Shown here: positions 59,965 to 63,587 of the stretch, piece by piece | Layout of the letters: each line of letters starts with the position of its first letter | Numbering within the stretch: position 1 is the stretch's first letter | Made by a program: the position numbers and the translations under genes | Source of the DNA: Hydrolagus affinis | Lineage: Eukaryota | Length of the DNA stretch: 63,587 bases | Assembly (NCBI GenBank): GCA_012026655.1 | Contig: JAAILG010001652.1 | Location: 1 to 63,587, forward strand | Direction of reading: 5' to 3' | The notes under the pieces: generated by a model | What the model saw: only the letters and a program-made list of their open reading frames with translations | Told to the model about the DNA's origin: nothing | Database searches by the model: none

Positions 59965-62779
59965 ATAGGATCAAGCTTGGATATGTCTCTTGCTGATGTT
60001 CCACTCTGTAACCCTGGCACTTATTCACTCCTTGTAGTTGAGGCTTATTAGGTGTACAATAGCTGCCCCTTCCAGACTATGTTATCTTAGTGAATAACAA
60101 GGTATTTAACCCTACCAGTCTGACCAGCAGTTAGTCTCAATGTACCATTTTGGAAGAGAACAAACTCATTGGTTTGTATAGAGTTTTGTGATGAATGGGA
60201 ACCGTAGGATATTTACACAGAATGATTTCTTATCCATTCTAGTGGATGTCCTTCACGATGGAATGCCCCAGCTTTCAAGAACACTTACATGACACGGTCA
60301 TTCTCAACTCTTGGTTGAATGTAAATAAAAAATTCTCTCATCTCACTTTTGGAGGCAGAGCACATACTTTTCACTGTTTCCTATCAGCAATGGGCGGATG
60401 GTGGGGTAGCAACTGGAAGAAGTGTGCCAAACTGAAAGTGATCCATTTTATTTGTGCCCCATCTCTTGCTAACACTGTAGCGGCTGACGTGTTAACATTG
60501 TATAGGCGATGTAGGGAGCAATATGGCTTCAAGTTCTCTTTCAGGATGAGCCAACAATTCAGTCATAGAATGAAGAGTGAAGCATACATTAAGCAGAATG
60601 GAGCAACCTTCAAGTACCGCCATCAAGTAATATTTCATCTCTTTGGAGATGCCAAGCTTACAGGGCAGTAAATTGGCAGATGTAGAAAGGCTGGTTAAAT
60701 AATCTCTGTAATTCCTCTGGTGAGCTGCTTTTCTCTAGTTAAAATAGAATAGTTGTTTGAAAGTTTAGCTCATGAAGTTGCCTTATACTGTAGTTGGGAA
60801 GATGACTGATTCCTTGATACGGAGAGATTAGTCTGACAGACGGGTGTGCAGACGTTAGCCTCTGATAATCCCTTTTTAATGGCTTTCAGAAATAGAATTT
60901 ATTTATCAGCTGATGAAAAACATCCTGTGCAGGATTGCAGGTGTTAGCCGATACTCTGCTAAATCACGCCGGCTTTTGAAGGGACAGTGTCCTCTGTGAC
61001 CAGTATTCAAAGCCTAATATCATTCCCTCTGAGTTCTCTGCCTGCTCTGTTGTTCACATTCTCCTGATGCTCCGATCAGTCTACATTATAATCTGAATAC
61101 AGTGATCTAGATTGTATAACTTCAGCTTTCAAGTAGAGATCTGAGCTTTAATATTCATCCCAATTGATGACATGCTTCAGAGCTTAGTCTGGGCTGTTGA
61201 CATCAGAAATATTGGGATAAAATCTGTACGATTCCTTTATGTTTTCCATTTTTTATTCAATCAACTCCTGTTTTGTAAATTGTAGACTACATTAAGGCTA
61301 CATTGAGCTCTGTGTCTTTTTGTGTTTGATAATGTTTTTCTGGGGTTCATCTATCTTGGACTTCTGAAATCTGCTCTATCCTAAGCCGAAACTTAAGTTT
61401 TTTTTATTTCACTGTGACTCAATTTAATATGCATGGTGTCTTTTTTAACTCATCGAGTTGAAGAGTAACAGTGGTTAAAAAAAACAAGTTTCCCCCACAG
61501 TTTGTTCCCTCTAAATTTTCTCAATAATGTGCCTTGGTTTCTCCAATGGTTTACAACAACAGCAACTTGCATTTATATCTACATCCTTCATGTAGGATAA
61601 TGTCTCGGTGTGCCTCAAGCCCAGTGATTGAAGGCATCAACTGGACATTTACACCAGATATGTAGCCAGGGTAGCTGTTGGGGAACTGAATTGACCTCAA
61701 AGATCCTGGTTTAAGGAAAGGAGAAAAAGACAAGATTCCTATTTCTTGTTGTTATCCAGAAATGCTTACTGGATGGTGGTTGCCTGCAAATGAAAGATGA
61801 GGTCGGATTGACTTGGCTGTGGTGCCCCTATGGCTGAACACTATGCCAACATTCACTGTCAAAACTCCTGCATAAATTATTGCCACATGGGTGAAATGCG
61901 TAAGGCTGGCATAGAATCTGACCTGAGTTAATGGAGTCAACACTTTCAGGAGTGGAGGAATGGGCTTTAGAGGGGAAAATATACCACTTCTTAGAAATAG
62001 TAATAGAATATCTGTCTAATTTTAACAGACGCAGAAACATGAGGAACTAATGTAGCAGAAATTTCTGCAAAATTATGCTGTATTTATGTCTGAATTTAGT
62101 GAGGTTAGTTTCATCCAAAGTAAATTGATAGTCATTGGCAGTGAGTTTCCATATATGTTTCCCAAAATACACATCAACATCATTAAATAAGGCAAAGCAT
62201 TAAAGGAAATCAAAAAATCAAAAAGTCGTTACTCAATGCCCTGTCCATGTATGCTTAGTGGTGTCTGTTTTATGCGGACATCTTGTTGAGCATATATATT
62301 TCTTAAAGTCATTTAGTTGTGTTATGTTTTCAAATAGATTTTTGTCTCCACTGCTTCCAAAGACTTCCTACTCACTGGGAACCTTTTTGCAGCTATTTGA
62401 GGAAGATACTATTCCAATCTTGGAAATGGTCTGCACAGTAAGAACATGCATTTGATACAGTCAGGCACGTGGAAATTTTCTCCACAGAATTACAGCCATC
62501 GGCATTCAGCTAAATGGTAGTAATTTATGGTTTGTAGTCAGTGGGTCTAAGATGCCAGGAAGAAGTGACAGGATTACAGTTTTTTGTTTCTGTTTTCATG
62601 GTTTAGATAGGCTCACTATAGTAGAACTTGATTTACTGACATGGAATAGGGAACAGACTACTCATTTTGTGATGTTGTTGTTAAAAATGGATCATTGTGT
62701 AGTATGATTCTTATCCAGCTAAGGCCACCAAAGTTAGGGCTTTATAGTGCGAATTCCAGAATTTAGTGGAAAGTACAGT

Positions 62780-63138
62780 ATTGCATTTGATATAGTGCAT
62801 ATATTTTCAAAATATCTCAAGGCATTTCATAAGTAATTGCTGTCAAGACTAATGACTATGTTGGTATAGGCACATTGCAGCCAATTTGGGCAAATGAAGG
62901 ACGCACTAAAAGCCATTAAGTGAATGATCAATTTGTGTCTGGCCATTAAATTGTTAACGTCCGTCTAAAACAGGCAGACAGATTATGTCTCATCTGAAGG
63001 ATAGTGTCTAACAATGCATCACTTCCCCAGTACTACATGAAATACCAGTGTAGGTCATGATCATGAGCTCAAAACTAATGTGCGGCTTTGAACACACAAC
63101 CCTCTGACCCAGAGGCAAAGTACTACTAGCTGAGCCAA
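62780..63138 (-). mobile_element. Deu-domain SINE
   Basis: TGCAGCCAATTTG, TCTCATCTGAAGGATAG, head CTCTGACCCAGAGGC..CTGAGCCA. Confidence 0.75.
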
Positions 63139-63323
63139 ACTAAACTCATACAACTCTCTGTATGTATTGCTGTGTACACAAGAGCAGGTTACAGAGGAAA
63201 TATTCTCTAGTTTCCATTCAAGCCTTGCTTTATTTTATACTTATTGTGAAGGATATAAACTGTTATAATAGTTGATAATGAATCGCATCTCAGAAAAACA
63301 TCTCATCAATGTCCAGCTTCAAG

Positions 63324-63587
63324 TAGGGAACGTCGATTTTTCGATATATCGCTAAAACCCGATATGATTTTCAAATCGATATGGTGATTTTTAAAATATC
63401 GATAAATCGAAAAAACGATATATCGAGGTAAAAATCGGTATGCGGGCACATTGAACTACAAGACCCAGAATGCTCATCTCTATACACAATGCACAGACCG
63501 AGCTGCAAAGCCGCCATATTGTATTCACAGTCCTCGAATACAATATACAGGTATGCAAGGGGTGGGGGGTGAGAGAGACGGCTGGGG
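63324..63587. mobile_element. Left end of a young CpG-rich putative hAT-type non-autonomous DNA transposon (runs off window)
   Basis: Abrupt start TAGGGAACGTCGAT then dense ATCG/CGAT subterminal repeats, as in TAGGG-terminated hAT elements; other end not visible. Confidence 0.6.

Noticed and set aside
60246-60671. 141-aa ATG ORF
   Set aside because: No domain, no exon-like boundaries, intronic location.
1-63587. Prokaryotic-type novel system (CRISPR array, operon, defence island)
   Set aside because: Spliced vertebrate gene with SINE/LINE landscape; repeats are dispersed, diverged and in both orientations, not regularly spaced with unique spacers.
31697-63587. Next RBMS3 exon (expected ..EPLLCKFADGGQKKRQ..)
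   Set aside because: Not found by eye or in the ORF track; probably beyond the window. The preceding exon was likewise not found in 1-20899.

Overview
Eukaryotic, repeat-rich vertebrate DNA, not prokaryotic. The repeat mix (CR1/HER1-type and L2 LINE fragments, Deu-domain SINEs, an abundant tRNA-derived SINE) points to a cartilaginous fish, plausibly a chimaera; this is an inference. The window lies inside an RBMS3 gene (RRM RNA-binding protein, + strand). Only two coding exons are recognisable: 20900-21057 (158 nt) and 31617-31696 (80 nt), which splice in frame to encode most of RRM2. The rest is intron, containing a decayed ~3.3 kb Gypsy LTR-retrotransposon internal region split by a CR1 insertion, many L2/CR1/RTE fragments, two SINE families, a TA-flanked MITE, the left end of a young CpG-rich hAT-like element, and a 100-N assembly gap. 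Almost all ORFs in the track are spurious or retroelement relics. I see no convincing new multi-gene system. The best leads are SINE architecture, minimal L2 hairpin tails, candidate splicing-regulatory features of RBMS3, and a transposon carrying ZNF143- and YY1-like motifs. Exon and TSD coordinates were counted base by base; other repeat boundaries are approximate and all family names come from recognition by eye, not database searches.
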